64,000 nucleotides of DNA from positions 1 through 64,000 of the IMG/VR virus record IMGVR_UViG_3300010334_000023. One strand, written 5' to 3'. The notes below the pieces were generated by a model. That model was given only the letters and a program-made list of their open reading frames with translations, was not told the DNA's origin and did not search any database. Position numbers and translations under genes: made by a program. Positions 17,497 to 26,859 of this stretch are shown one piece after another; the stretch's first letter is position 1, and each line of letters begins with the position of its first letter.

Positions 17497-18393
17497 CTAA
17501 AACCACGCATCTGGTCGTGCCATGAGCTGGTCGTACTGCGGCAAGAGTATGTCCTTGATCAGCTGCTTCTGCTCTGCCTTGGTCATGGCCATGCCAATGT
17601 ACCCGGTAGCTCCCAGTTGATCTATGATCCGCAGGTTTCCAGCTGCCCAGTTCTCTAGATTGATCCGATCGCTGTCATCCAGGCTGCCTGCCCCAACGAT
17701 GTGCAGTATCTGTTCAAATCCTCGCAGTGATCGATCAGACACTAGCTGGCCGCCATCCAGCATGAGATTGCTGGTTAGCCTTAGCTTCTCACGTCGCTGC
17801 TTGTCTGGGTAACCTCTGTTGTCGAGGAACTCACTGAAAGAGCCTATGGGAACGCAGTCGCTGAGCCACCAGTGCGGTATCCAACCATGTTCTGCGTGAT
17901 GTTGTACCATGATATCATAGCTGGGATATCTGGCATTGTCCCTGTCGCTGGGCAGATGCTTGGTCTTGCGTAGAGCACCTTTGAAAAGCTGCAGCAGCTG
18001 AATCAACCAGAAATTACCGTCGTCTGGTAGTATGTCAATGAACGTGGTATCAGGGCCAAAGGCTGCGCGCCAGTCTAGGTCCCAGCTGAAATTATAGTGG
18101 CACATGCCCACTCTGTGATCGGGCCACAGCTGTCGCATGCCATCCACGTAGGTCCTGATCTGCTCAGCAGTCATGGCTTCCCAGGGTCCCAATGGCAGTC
18201 CAAATGCTTCTGACTGTGCCACCGTGATGGTCTCATGCAGCATCTCGTACTCAAAGAGGTCTACTCGGCCCGATCCTGCCCTGTTGCGTGGGTCAACGCT
18301 GAGATCCTTGACCTGTCCATCTAGGTGTTTGCTGATCAATCTCACCACGGCTTCGCCGCCACAACCGCCTTTGAATCGCACCAGCACGTTCAT
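17497..18393 (-). CDS. hypothetical protein, GGCGG paralog 1 (sulfotransferase-like?)
   Basis: VLVRFKGGCGGE N-terminal glycine loop. Confidence 0.7.
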   Translation of the reverse strand: MNVLVRFKGGCGGEAVVRLISKHLDGQVKDLSVDPRNRAGSGRVDLFEYEMLHETITVAQSEAFGLPLGPWEAMTAEQIRTYVDGMRQLWPDHRVGMCHYNFSWDLDWRAAFGPDTTFIDILPDDGNFWLIQLLQLFKGALRKTKHLPSDRDNARYPSYDIMVQHHAEHGWIPHWWLSDCVPIGSFSEFLDNRGYPDKQRREKLRLTSNLMLDGGQLVSDRSLRGFEQILHIVGAGSLDDSDRINLENWAAGNLRIIDQLGATGYIGMAMTKAEQKQLIKDILLPQYDQLMARPDAWF

Positions 18394-18803
18394 TTTTCAG
18401 ACTTTCCCAGCTGTGGATAGCCAAGATGGCGACGCAGTTCCTTGTCCTGCGGCTCAAAGCGCTCACCCCGGAAGAATATCCTGTAGCTTTCTGATCCGTA
18501 TTGGCCAATGCCATACAGCTTGGTAGCATCTGCGCCGTCCCAGCCAAGGAAGTCTTGGCTCATGCGGCGGAAGGTATTCTCTCTGCGATTGTAGAAGCCC
18601 AGAGGTCGTATCACTGCCTTTACCTCATCCGGATCACTGGCAAGATATGCCTCGGGTGTGGGCCAGCGCTCAAGGAACTCTGGCAGCACCGTTTTCACAG
18701 GTTTGCGGCCCGTTTGATTGAGCATCACAACACCTATCATATGTTGCCATGGGCCGTTGATCTGCTGTTGGACCATGAGATCATCACGCAGTGGCTGTGC
18801 CAT
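18390..18803 (-). CDS. HhH-GPD DNA glycosylase (MBD4-like)
   Basis: PW..MI.V.MLNQT, PLG.Y..R, LYGIG.YG.ESYRIF, P.DK.L. Confidence 0.8.
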   Translation of the reverse strand: MAQPLRDDLMVQQQINGPWQHMIGVVMLNQTGRKPVKTVLPEFLERWPTPEAYLASDPDEVKAVIRPLGFYNRRENTFRRMSQDFLGWDGADATKLYGIGQYGSESYRIFFRGERFEPQDKELRRHLGYPQLGKSEK

Positions 18804-19026
18804 GTACCTTGCTCACGTCTATGCCTAGCAGATAGAATTGCTTGCGGTCTGGTGTGACGAACACGTATGTGTTTGGATCAGTTACTTTTTGATCGTTGAT
18901 GCGTATGCCACCCTGTGCGATCAGCCTGCGGCCTTCGCCCTTGCTCTTGGTCCAACCCATCTGTACCATGAGGTCAACCAACTCGTGCGCCGTGCACCAT
19001 TCAATGACTTCTTCAACGGTCATCAC
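18784..19026 (-). CDS. stand-alone S4 RNA-binding domain (TyrRS C-terminal-like)
   Basis: LVDL....G...SKGE.RRLI.QGG..IN..KV.D. Confidence 0.8.
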   Translation of the reverse strand: MMTVEEVIEWCTAHELVDLMVQMGWTKSKGEGRRLIAQGGIRINDQKVTDPNTYVFVTPDRKQFYLLGIDVSKVHGTATA

Positions 19027-19226
19027 GCGAACCTCGGCATGTTGGAGTAGATGCCCGTATATGCGAGCTGACCCAGGCTAGTCGCAAGAGAGTCTAGATA
19101 ACTCTCAGCGCACTTATGGACACGCAATCGTGGTTCCTTGCTGTGATCAGATACCATGTAGAACAGGTGGAGATAACCTGTGTCCAGCTGTGGTTTGAAT
19201 ATTTCCCGGAGTTCGTCTAAGGTCAT
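19023..19226 (-). CDS. hypothetical protein
   Basis: ORF in operon. Confidence 0.55.
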   Translation of the reverse strand: MTLDELREIFKPQLDTGYLHLFYMVSDHSKEPRLRVHKCAESYLDSLATSLGQLAYTGIYSNMPRFA

Positions 19227-19315
19227 GGCGCACCAAACAGTATGAACATGTCAGCTAGCAATCCAATCAGCGTCACGGCCACGCAGATCGCTAATACTCG
19301 GGTGGGAATCATCAT
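19223..19315 (-). CDS. 30-aa membrane peptide
   Basis: Translated by hand; RBS; fills the gap. Confidence 0.5.
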   Translation of the reverse strand: MMIPTRVLAICVAVTLIGLLADMFILFGAP

Positions 19316-19642
19316 TTATCCTTGTTTCTCAACAGTCATCATTTCACGAACCTCGACGAGGGTCTTGTCTACCTCTTTGAGGTCATCCAGATAGGGCAGC
19401 AGCGGTGATGGATAAGCGTATGGTTCAAAGCTGGTCTGCGAGCCGTCAAACCATCGCATGCGATAGAGCACACCAGCTGACTCCGTCTTGAGCACGCACA
19501 TGCGCGGATCGTTACACACGCCCCAGTCTTCACCTGCTACTAGATTCTCTCGCAGCCATTCCACTCGTTCCATGGCTTCCCAATCATCAAGCCGGCGCCA
19601 ATCCAACACCCAGATCTGTTCCCTGGTGGTATCGTCTATCAT
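19316..19642 (-). CDS. hypothetical protein
   Basis: ORF in operon. Confidence 0.65.
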   Translation of the reverse strand: MIDDTTREQIWVLDWRRLDDWEAMERVEWLRENLVAGEDWGVCNDPRMCVLKTESAGVLYRMRWFDGSQTSFEPYAYPSPLLPYLDDLKEVDKTLVEVREMMTVEKQG

Positions 19643-20277
19643 AGTAATCCGCTCAGTTCTCGCATCCTGCGTGTGCGGAAGAAGCTCAGCGTCTCCCCAA
19701 ACTTCTCAGTCTCGCTCAACACGAACTGATACCTCTTGTAGGCATCGTCATGGTGTTTGAAAAACTGATCCATCTCTGCCGCATCCGTGAATGTGGTGTA
19801 GCTGGTACCGGGTTCCTTGCGATCATACACTGATATCTTATGTCCCAGTGCGAACAGCTTCTTCCAAATCTTAAAACCATCGTCGCTGAGCTGCCTGTCG
19901 CTCATCACTCTGATGCTTACATCACTGTCCTTGAGTATGGCATCATAGAGATCAGCAGCCCACGGTGCCTTGCCCTTGTAGGCAGGGTTCTTGCCAATGG
20001 CATTGACCACCAAGGCCTGACGCTGTGCCGACAGTTCCGCAGCTAACACGATGTCTGTGCCCTGCTGGTACCAATAGAACTTGGTCTGGCTACCTTCGAT
20101 CTTCTTGAGATCGTTGGGCAGGTCAATCACAGTAGCACCCTGTGCGATGCGCTTGTTAATGCTAGCCACGATGAAATCGTACGTATCTATTTCTCCAATA
20201 CCACTAGGCATCTCGCTCAACCAGGATTCATGGAAATCTGTTCTGCTGTCGCCGATGGGCTCCCTGTGTGCTGTCAT
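19639..20277 (-). CDS. hypothetical protein (possible GNAT-like fold: LY......SD.QLS..G..IW..L)
   Basis: Motif recognition, weak. Confidence 0.6.
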   Translation of the reverse strand: MTAHREPIGDSRTDFHESWLSEMPSGIGEIDTYDFIVASINKRIAQGATVIDLPNDLKKIEGSQTKFYWYQQGTDIVLAAELSAQRQALVVNAIGKNPAYKGKAPWAADLYDAILKDSDVSIRVMSDRQLSDDGFKIWKKLFALGHKISVYDRKEPGTSYTTFTDAAEMDQFFKHHDDAYKRYQFVLSETEKFGETLSFFRTRRMRELSGLL

Positions 20278-20495
20278 CGCTTGACCTTCTTGGCACGTTC
20301 ATACCAATGCTTGCTGGCAACCCGCAGCTTGTCGTTGCTCTCTCGCACATGCTCCAGCAGTGCCTTGGCAGCCGTGGCCTGGCTCAGGCGATGTGCGCCA
20401 TTGTCCTGATCCACCATGTGATCCATGATCTCTATGATCATGTCAATGTATGGGCAGGTGTTCTCCGGTATCAGCGGTTTCAGTTCCGTGCTCAT
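20274..20495 (-). CDS. hypothetical protein (P..TCP.ID...LE.VR..N..LR)
   Basis: ORF with upstream promoter. Confidence 0.7.
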   Translation of the reverse strand: MSTELKPLIPENTCPYIDMIIEIMDHMVDQDNGAHRLSQATAAKALLEHVRESNDKLRVASKHWYERAKKVKR

Positions 20496-20521
20496 GCTGC
20501 TAACCTTTGCTTGATAGCCTC

Positions 20522-20552
20522 CAGCATAGCACAGGCTAGGGCAATGTCAACC
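20522..20552 (-). promoter_or_regulatory. sigma70-type early promoter (GGTTGACA...GTGCTATGCT)
   Basis: Repeated motif. Confidence 0.7.
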
Positions 20553-20565
20553 GTAGCGCCGTCCA

Positions 20566-20787
20566 TCAGGCATCCTTGCTGTCTGGGTACAGGGATTGCC
20601 TAGCCAGCTTGATGAAATGGTCACGCTGCAGGCGTATCTTGTCGTGGCTGAGCTCATAACCATCATGCGCGATGATGCCCAGATTATAACGATGGCGTGC
20701 CAATTCTGCCTCAGCAGCTGCCAGCTTGGTCCAAGCGTCTTCCAGCTTGGCCTGTGTTTCTGTTGCGGTTACCAACCAATCAGTCAT
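20566..20787 (-). CDS. hypothetical protein
   Basis: ORF in operon. Confidence 0.65.
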   Translation of the reverse strand: MTDWLVTATETQAKLEDAWTKLAAAEAELARHRYNLGIIAHDGYELSHDKIRLQRDHFIKLARQSLYPDSKDA

Positions 20788-20984
20788 TGCCCTAGCTCCT
20801 TGATCCTCTGGCTGAGATAGTCTCGCACCAAGAGCAGCAGCGTGAGTCGTTGATCTTCTTGGTATGTCCTGTCTTGTTTGTTTTGCAGCCGATCAACTTC
20901 AATGTCAAGGTGGTTGTTGATGTCATATTGGAAAGCAGTCTTCAGCATGTAGCTCACCGAGACGTTGTGCGTGTGATCAACCAT
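20784..20984 (-). CDS. hypothetical protein
   Basis: ORF in operon. Confidence 0.6.
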   Translation of the reverse strand: MVDHTHNVSVSYMLKTAFQYDINNHLDIEVDRLQNKQDRTYQEDQRLTLLLLVRDYLSQRIKELGQ

Positions 20985-20998
20985 TGGTGTTCCCGAGG

Positions 20999-22363
20999 TT
21001 ATCTGTCTACTTTTGGCAGCTTCTTCAGTGCCAGCACTTCCTTCTTATATATGTCTTTTTGCTTCACAGGATCTGATAATACTGCCATGTGCGATGCGAT
21101 CTCTGCTGATAGGTCGCTGATCTTGGCAGTGACTTCAGCCAGCGTGTCCTTGGCCCAACGATAGCTGGGAAGACCAGCCAGCCTATCGATCTGATCTTCG
21201 TCTACAGCTATGGCCTTGGATTCCACGATCTCCGTGACCTTGCTTACCACACCTGCTCGATCTGCTGCTTGCGGTAAGAAAGCTGGTAGCTGCCCTTCGA
21301 TGCAGGCCTTGATGGCTGAATTCCAGTTCAGCTGATAGGTCAGATCAGCTATCATCTTCTCATAGCGTGTCTTGTACCAACCCAGTCGCCAAGACACGAA
21401 CTCAGCAACTACCTGCTCAGCAGTCTCAAATTGGCGAACGCTGTTGCCATTCCAATCCAGCACCACGATGCGCTCTGTGGCCTTGCTGCGCAGCTTGAAG
21501 TAATCTATGGCAGTGTCTTCGGTCCAGTCCTTGATAGCACCGCGCTTGAATCGTATCTCGATGCGGATCTCCTTGGTGCTGCGATCTATGTAGGTCTGGA
21601 TCTTGTCCTCTTCCTCCATGGTGTTGAGCCGAGCCTTGAACTTTTCAAGGCTGAGATCCGGAGGCAGTTCTTCGATCCAAACCGTGCTACCGTCTATGCG
21701 GCAGCGCCCTGTGAACTCCCAGGTATTGCCAGCGATGTTGCGCACCTTGCAGCTGAGGTAGTCATAGCGAGGTACCATGGTCTTGATCGGTTTACCATCT
21801 ATGGCCGACACTGTGGCTTCAATGATGTCATCCAAGCCTCTGGGTAGGATGTCAGTGCTCCAACCAACTGCGATGCCTGAGATACCGTTGAGCAGAACCA
21901 TGGGAACCAGCGGTAGATAGTTCTTGGGCTCAAACACAGATCCGTCGTAGTTTTCTTTCAGAGGCACGATGTCATAGTCAGTGAACACCAGCGCATCAGT
22001 CTGGGCATTGCGCTTGAGATAGGTATAGCGTGCTGCTCCCCAGTCAGTGGGTCCAACCTTGGTGCCAAAAGCACCAATGCCCTGCAGCAGAGGCACGTTG
22101 TTACAGTAGGGTGCTGCCATGAGGCTCAGCGTCTCCGCAGCCGATGCGTCACCGTGCAGGTAGACGTTTTGGCTGATCATCTCACCTGCCAGCGAGATGG
22201 TCTTGATCTTGTCGCCCTTGGGTTTGATCACGAACAGTGCCTTGCGCTGTGCGTCCTTGAGCCCGTCGCACACGCTGGGTATGCCGCGTGTTTGGCACAC
22301 ATAGATCGAGTAATCTCGGCTGGTACCCTTGATATAATCAGTGGTGTTAGCGTATGTGCTCAT
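20999..22363 (-). CDS. type II DNA topoisomerase, GyrA/ParC-like subunit (T4 gp52-like)
   Basis: DGLK..QRK, Y.HGD.S, AARYT catalytic Tyr, LLNG..GIAVGW. Confidence 0.92.
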   Translation of the reverse strand: MSTYANTTDYIKGTSRDYSIYVCQTRGIPSVCDGLKDAQRKALFVIKPKGDKIKTISLAGEMISQNVYLHGDASAAETLSLMAAPYCNNVPLLQGIGAFGTKVGPTDWGAARYTYLKRNAQTDALVFTDYDIVPLKENYDGSVFEPKNYLPLVPMVLLNGISGIAVGWSTDILPRGLDDIIEATVSAIDGKPIKTMVPRYDYLSCKVRNIAGNTWEFTGRCRIDGSTVWIEELPPDLSLEKFKARLNTMEEEDKIQTYIDRSTKEIRIEIRFKRGAIKDWTEDTAIDYFKLRSKATERIVVLDWNGNSVRQFETAEQVVAEFVSWRLGWYKTRYEKMIADLTYQLNWNSAIKACIEGQLPAFLPQAADRAGVVSKVTEIVESKAIAVDEDQIDRLAGLPSYRWAKDTLAEVTAKISDLSAEIASHMAVLSDPVKQKDIYKKEVLALKKLPKVDR

Positions 22364-22441
22364 GAATCCCTATCCTATTCTAGATCTAGCTTAACACATG
22401 ATCTGGTTCTTGTAAATACCTAATAAACGCAGAGAGCAGGC

Positions 22442-23149
22442 ATGAGCGATCTCATAGTTACCAGCTATTTCACGGCCAAGAGCGATCGAGGCAAGGCCTT
22501 AGCTCCTCGTGATGATATCAGCTACATTGGATCTTGGTACCGCAGCGTGGTATCTCTGGGTTTGAACGGATTGATCCTGCATGATGGTCTCAGCGCAGAT
22601 TTCATGTCTGCTCACAGCACTGACAGGATCAGCTTCCAGTATCATGATAGCCATAGATGGAGCCCCAATGACGAGCGTTACATAGGGCTGTTGGATGTAT
22701 TAGAAACTACTTCTCATGATAGGATACTCCTGACCGATGGCAACGATGTCACGGTGAATCGCGATCCATTCGAGTTCATGACCGAACACAGGCTCTATTG
22801 CGGCACTGACATGCCCCAGGTTCATCGCCTGCGTGACAATGGCAGCTGCATGCAGAAGTGGCGCACGCTCAGACCATTGCTGGGTGTCAGTGATGAGGAA
22901 AGCGAACAATTCCTAGAGTTTGATCACGCGGCCGTGGGAATCTGCGGCGGACCCAGGGATCTCATGTTGTTACTGTTCAGATTGGTAGCCAGCGAGATGC
23001 GCAGGATCAACGACGATCGGAACCACAACTTCATGCTGATCAATTGGCTGCTGTGGAAGCACAGATTTTCGTTCTGGAAGGGTGCGCCATTTACCAGCCC
23101 GTTGTTTACCTTTGACAAATCCAGTGATTACTATCTCACTCACAAGTGA
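22442..23149 (+). CDS. putative glycosyltransferase-like protein
   Basis: NDERY, ILLTD..DV...RDPF, G..GG motifs; TAAATA upstream. Confidence 0.55.
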   Translation: MSDLIVTSYFTAKSDRGKALAPRDDISYIGSWYRSVVSLGLNGLILHDGLSADFMSAHSTDRISFQYHDSHRWSPNDERYIGLLDVLETTSHDRILLTDGNDVTVNRDPFEFMTEHRLYCGTDMPQVHRLRDNGSCMQKWRTLRPLLGVSDEESEQFLEFDHAAVGICGGPRDLMLLLFRLVASEMRRINDDRNHNFMLINWLLWKHRFSFWKGAPFTSPLFTFDKSSDYYLTHK

Positions 23150-23158
23150 GATATGATG

Positions 23159-23419
23159 CTAAGAAAACCTCAGGCGAGCAGCCACGGCTTCTGTTTGGCT
23201 TAGATTGCGCAGCTCTACCGTCCATTCTGTGTGATACCTACCCCACTCGTTGGGCCAGATGGACAGCTTGCGCTCGTCCAATGCAGCGAGGTTCGCAAGA
23301 CACCATTCCCTGATATCAGGATGGCTTCTGAAGAAGTGGTGCATCATGTCGCTGCTGTCCATGGTTTCAGCCATGTCTGCGTTGGTAAGCACGGTTCCCA
23401 GACGCACAGTGTCAGGCAT
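23159..23419 (-). CDS. hypothetical protein (EWC...AVAARLRFS)
   Basis: ORF overlapping the topoisomerase stop. Confidence 0.6.
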   Translation of the reverse strand: MPDTVRLGTVLTNADMAETMDSSDMMHHFFRSHPDIREWCLANLAALDERKLSIWPNEWGRYHTEWTVELRNLSQTEAVAARLRFS

Positions 23420-25298
23420 CGAGCGCGATCCAATCCTTGCGAGCGTCTGCGCCCTTGGGATCAAATATCAGCTTGAGAGCATCGCCGAGACCACCGTCGT
23501 CGTTGATAGCTATCAGCTTGGGCTTGACAAGGCTGTGGCCCCAATCTGCTTCTTCCAACGAACCCAGACCCTTGGCTCGCGTTGGCTTTGGAGCACCCTT
23601 CCAGTCCCGGGCATCATAGGTGTGATAGTCGTCGGCGTACCAATAGTGCCTGTTCTTGCCCTTTTCCTGGATGATGAACGGCGTCTGCAGAGCATAGAAG
23701 AACGTGGGCAACTTGGGATCAAACAGCTCGGGCCAATGCAGATAAAAGAAATTGACCAGCAGCGCAGTGATGTTGGCACCATCTGGATCTTGGTCAGCTG
23801 CCAACCATACCTGTCCATAGCGCAGCGCTGCCCGATCTGCGCGTTGCCCAAGCGCCACACCGATGCTGGTCATGAGGTCCATGAGGATCTGATTGTCCAG
23901 CAATGCTTTTGGAGCTTCGCCGCGAACATTGAGGATCTTGCCTCTGAGTGGCAGCGCACCATGAACTTCTGGATCGCGCACAGCACTGACCATGGTCTTG
24001 GCACTGTCACCTTCCGTGATCAGCAACACGCACTTGGTGCGATCCTTGCCGTTGGCATCCAGCAGCTTGGGCACCTTGGTGCGCATCATCTTGCGAGCCT
24101 GCTTGGCCAGCTCTGCATCGTCTTTCTTCTGCGTGCGTGCGGCACAGCGAGCATAGATCTCGTCAATCCAAGCCTTGTTGGTCTTGATGATGTTTTTCAG
24201 CGTGGCTTCATCTTCCAACACGGTCTTGATATAGCCATCAACATCGTCGTTGATCAGCCGCGTCTTTGATTGGCTGTCAAAGTTTGGTGCATGCATCACA
24301 GTTACATTGTAGATCAACAGTCCATCTGCGATGTCTGAACGATTGGGTGTCAGTCCTCGACGCTTGCTCTCACGTTCCAGCGCACGTATCAATCCACCGT
24401 AGAACAGCCGCTTGAAGGTGTCAATATGCTGGCCGCCGTTGAACGCAGGGATATCGTTCACTGTGGTGTGCAGGTATTCGCCATCTTCGGCAAAATTAGG
24501 TACTAGGTAAAAGCTGCTCTTGAAATGCTTGTCCTTGACGTCGATGTTTATCACGGTTTTTCCGTCAAAGAACGTGCGAGCCACGGTTGGCTTAACTGCC
24601 ACGCGCGACCCATTGAAACTAAAGCGAATCTTTGGATGATTTGCCGCTATTTCTGTCATGCGTGCCTTGACGAAGGCCAAGGGCAGGTTGGCTTTCTTGA
24701 AAACATCCTTGCTGAGCTTGAACTCAACCGTGGTCCCTGTCTTACCACCATTCTTGGTGATCTTTGGTTCACGGATGTCCAGCTCGTCAAACGCAGCATT
24801 GCCCTCGCGGAACGTCTGCTGGAATCTCTGCCCGTCTCTGATGATGTCTATGGTGAAATGCTCACTGCAGCTGACCACGGTGCTGGCACCAATGCCATTG
24901 GTTCCGCGCACCTCCTCGCGAGCACCAAAGTTGCGTCCAGCGCGTGCCTGTGTGAGTGCCAACGTGGCTTTGTGCATGTTCTCGTTGTCGTCCCAGTCAA
25001 TGGGAATGCCGCGTCCATCATCGCTGACGGTAAACAGCATTTCCTTGGGATCATAGCTGACTTCCACGCTGGTACCATGACCGTGTCCAACCACTTCATC
25101 CAACGCATTGTCAAGTATCTCACGGAAAGCGCAGTAGACAGCTGGTGTCCAAGTCATCTCCATGGGTTTCAGCGCCTTGCCGTCCCAGTTGACGATGGTC
25201 TGGCTATGCGGGCTACGACTGCCCAGATACATCTCGGTGCGCAACCGGTGATGTTGGTAGTCGGTCAGCTTTTGGATATCGTTTGACTGTTTTTTCAT
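23412..25298 (-). CDS. type II DNA topoisomerase, GyrB/ParE-like subunit (gp39 and gp60 regions in one ORF)
   Basis: EILDNA.DE, DDGRGIP, G.NGIG, EGDSA, PLRGKILN, D.D.DG, KGLGS. Confidence 0.93.
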   Translation of the reverse strand: MKKQSNDIQKLTDYQHHRLRTEMYLGSRSPHSQTIVNWDGKALKPMEMTWTPAVYCAFREILDNALDEVVGHGHGTSVEVSYDPKEMLFTVSDDGRGIPIDWDDNENMHKATLALTQARAGRNFGAREEVRGTNGIGASTVVSCSEHFTIDIIRDGQRFQQTFREGNAAFDELDIREPKITKNGGKTGTTVEFKLSKDVFKKANLPLAFVKARMTEIAANHPKIRFSFNGSRVAVKPTVARTFFDGKTVINIDVKDKHFKSSFYLVPNFAEDGEYLHTTVNDIPAFNGGQHIDTFKRLFYGGLIRALERESKRRGLTPNRSDIADGLLIYNVTVMHAPNFDSQSKTRLINDDVDGYIKTVLEDEATLKNIIKTNKAWIDEIYARCAARTQKKDDAELAKQARKMMRTKVPKLLDANGKDRTKCVLLITEGDSAKTMVSAVRDPEVHGALPLRGKILNVRGEAPKALLDNQILMDLMTSIGVALGQRADRAALRYGQVWLAADQDPDGANITALLVNFFYLHWPELFDPKLPTFFYALQTPFIIQEKGKNRHYWYADDYHTYDARDWKGAPKPTRAKGLGSLEEADWGHSLVKPKLIAINDDGGLGDALKLIFDPKGADARKDWIALDA

Positions 25299-25325
25299 CA
25301 GCTAGTTATAGCACAGTATCTGTGA

Positions 25326-25976
25326 TCACACAAGAGCCGGGTTCAGTACCGCCACTTTGATGTCACCTTTGGGGTAATTCTGCCTGTGAGCTGGCGGAGG
25401 AGTGATGCCCAATCGTTGGCACAGATGCAGGTTGTCCACCACGTCAAAGTCCACGTCTCGCTGTGCTGCGGCGTTGAGTATGCCGTTGTTCTGGAAATCT
25501 ATGTGCCACGCCATCCTGGTTAGGTCCTTGTACCAAACATAACTGGGATAGGTTATGTCAAACCCACCGCTGCGCATCCACCATCCCAGGCAGGCATCGT
25601 TGGATCTATGCACCATCACTATAGGGCAGTCGGGCCAGTTTACCTGCAGGAAGTCTATCTGAGTGGCGAACACATGGCTCTTGATTATCTTGATACCCCC
25701 ATTATTGCTGAAGATCCACGGGCGATCGAACTCAGCCTCGCATGCTTCCCTTGTATGCTGATCAAGCTGGTCGAACCAATCGCCAAATTCCATACCAGGA
25801 TCAAAATATGCGCCAAAGTGATTGAGTAGCTTGTTTCCGTTGCCGCTGCCAAAGTCGTAGTAGGTGCGATCTTCGCTGTAGTCTCCGCGATCTATGTCGG
25901 CGCCGTAGTAGATGTTCTTGACCACGCTGCTCCACTTGCTGCCGGGAGCGCCAGTGACGAATATGTATTTGGGCAT
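25326..25976 (-). CDS. P-loop/sulfotransferase-like protein (YIFVTGAPGSKWSSV)
   Basis: TGAPGS loop; IIKSH and VMVHR resemble sulfotransferase motifs. Confidence 0.6.
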   Translation of the reverse strand: MPKYIFVTGAPGSKWSSVVKNIYYGADIDRGDYSEDRTYYDFGSGNGNKLLNHFGAYFDPGMEFGDWFDQLDQHTREACEAEFDRPWIFSNNGGIKIIKSHVFATQIDFLQVNWPDCPIVMVHRSNDACLGWWMRSGGFDITYPSYVWYKDLTRMAWHIDFQNNGILNAAAQRDVDFDVVDNLHLCQRLGITPPPAHRQNYPKGDIKVAVLNPALV

Positions 25977-26179
25977 CAGACTCTCTTTATGGTACTGAGC
26001 CAAGCTCGCTCATGCAGATAGTATAGCATGATCTTGCTAAAGAACTCAACACCAGATATGGTCAATGCCAGCTGTGCTTGTCCAGTGACCCACCAACTCA
26101 CCACAAAGGTGTCAAGGGTACCCACTGCTCGCCAGCTGACAGCTTTGGCGATCAACAGCATGTCTCTGGAGATCTTCAT
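25976..26179 (-). CDS. DUF2061 small membrane protein
   Basis: KA.SWR..GT.DT...E...K...YY.HER.W. Confidence 0.85.
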   Translation of the reverse strand: MKISRDMLLIAKAVSWRAVGTLDTFVVSWWVTGQAQLALTISGVEFFSKIMLYYLHERAWLSTIKRV

Positions 26180-26859
26180 AGCGGGTAAATGGTGCCGTAG
26201 TTTGCGGCTGCCAACAGCTCACGTGTCTTGGCAGTCTTGCGTCCGGTTACCTGCAGGGCTGGACGTATCTTGCGGCTGGCATTGGCCGTGGCATGAGGCA
26301 CGTTAGGCCAATCAAACACATGCGCATCGCCTGCGCGCCACCTGTCATAGACCAAGTTGCCATACATGTAGAACTGTCCAGGTTCCCAGTCCTCTAGCAT
26401 CACCGTGAGCCTTATCACGTTGTCAGGTTCAGCATCCACGTCCCAGAGCTTGTCTATGTGCATGTTAAACATGTCACCCAGCTTCTGCACATGAACTCGT
26501 ATCTTTGGCTGCTCTATGGCAAAGAAATCAACCATCTTGCTGAGAACTGGATAGTCACTCAGCTGATCCCACATGTGAGTTATGGTCATCTTGGGATCAC
26601 CGCCTACCACAGCTATGTCTCTTTCCTCTTGGGCCAGCATGGGGCTATAACGCAGATCGTTTGGTCCGTAGAACTTGCGAGTCTCCCAGTTCATGGGCAG
26701 TGCTTTGGTCTTGATGTCGTCAATCTCAGCCTGCCAGTCCCCGGTAAATCTACCAAGCTTGGTGAACCAATCGCCCGGTCTGTCCTCGCGCCACTTGTCA
26801 AAATGGTAGTTGCTGCGCTCAACTGTCCAAGCCCAGCTGCTGTCATGTTCCTGTGTCAT
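26176..26859 (-). CDS. 2OG-Fe(II) oxygenase-like cupin protein
   Basis: H.Q..G.MFNMHID...W.AGD...FDW.N.PHATAN...R..LQ.TG. Confidence 0.7.
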   Translation of the reverse strand: MTQEHDSSWAWTVERSNYHFDKWREDRPGDWFTKLGRFTGDWQAEIDDIKTKALPMNWETRKFYGPNDLRYSPMLAQEERDIAVVGGDPKMTITHMWDQLSDYPVLSKMVDFFAIEQPKIRVHVQKLGDMFNMHIDKLWDVDAEPDNVIRLTVMLEDWEPGQFYMYGNLVYDRWRAGDAHVFDWPNVPHATANASRKIRPALQVTGRKTAKTRELLAAANYGTIYPL

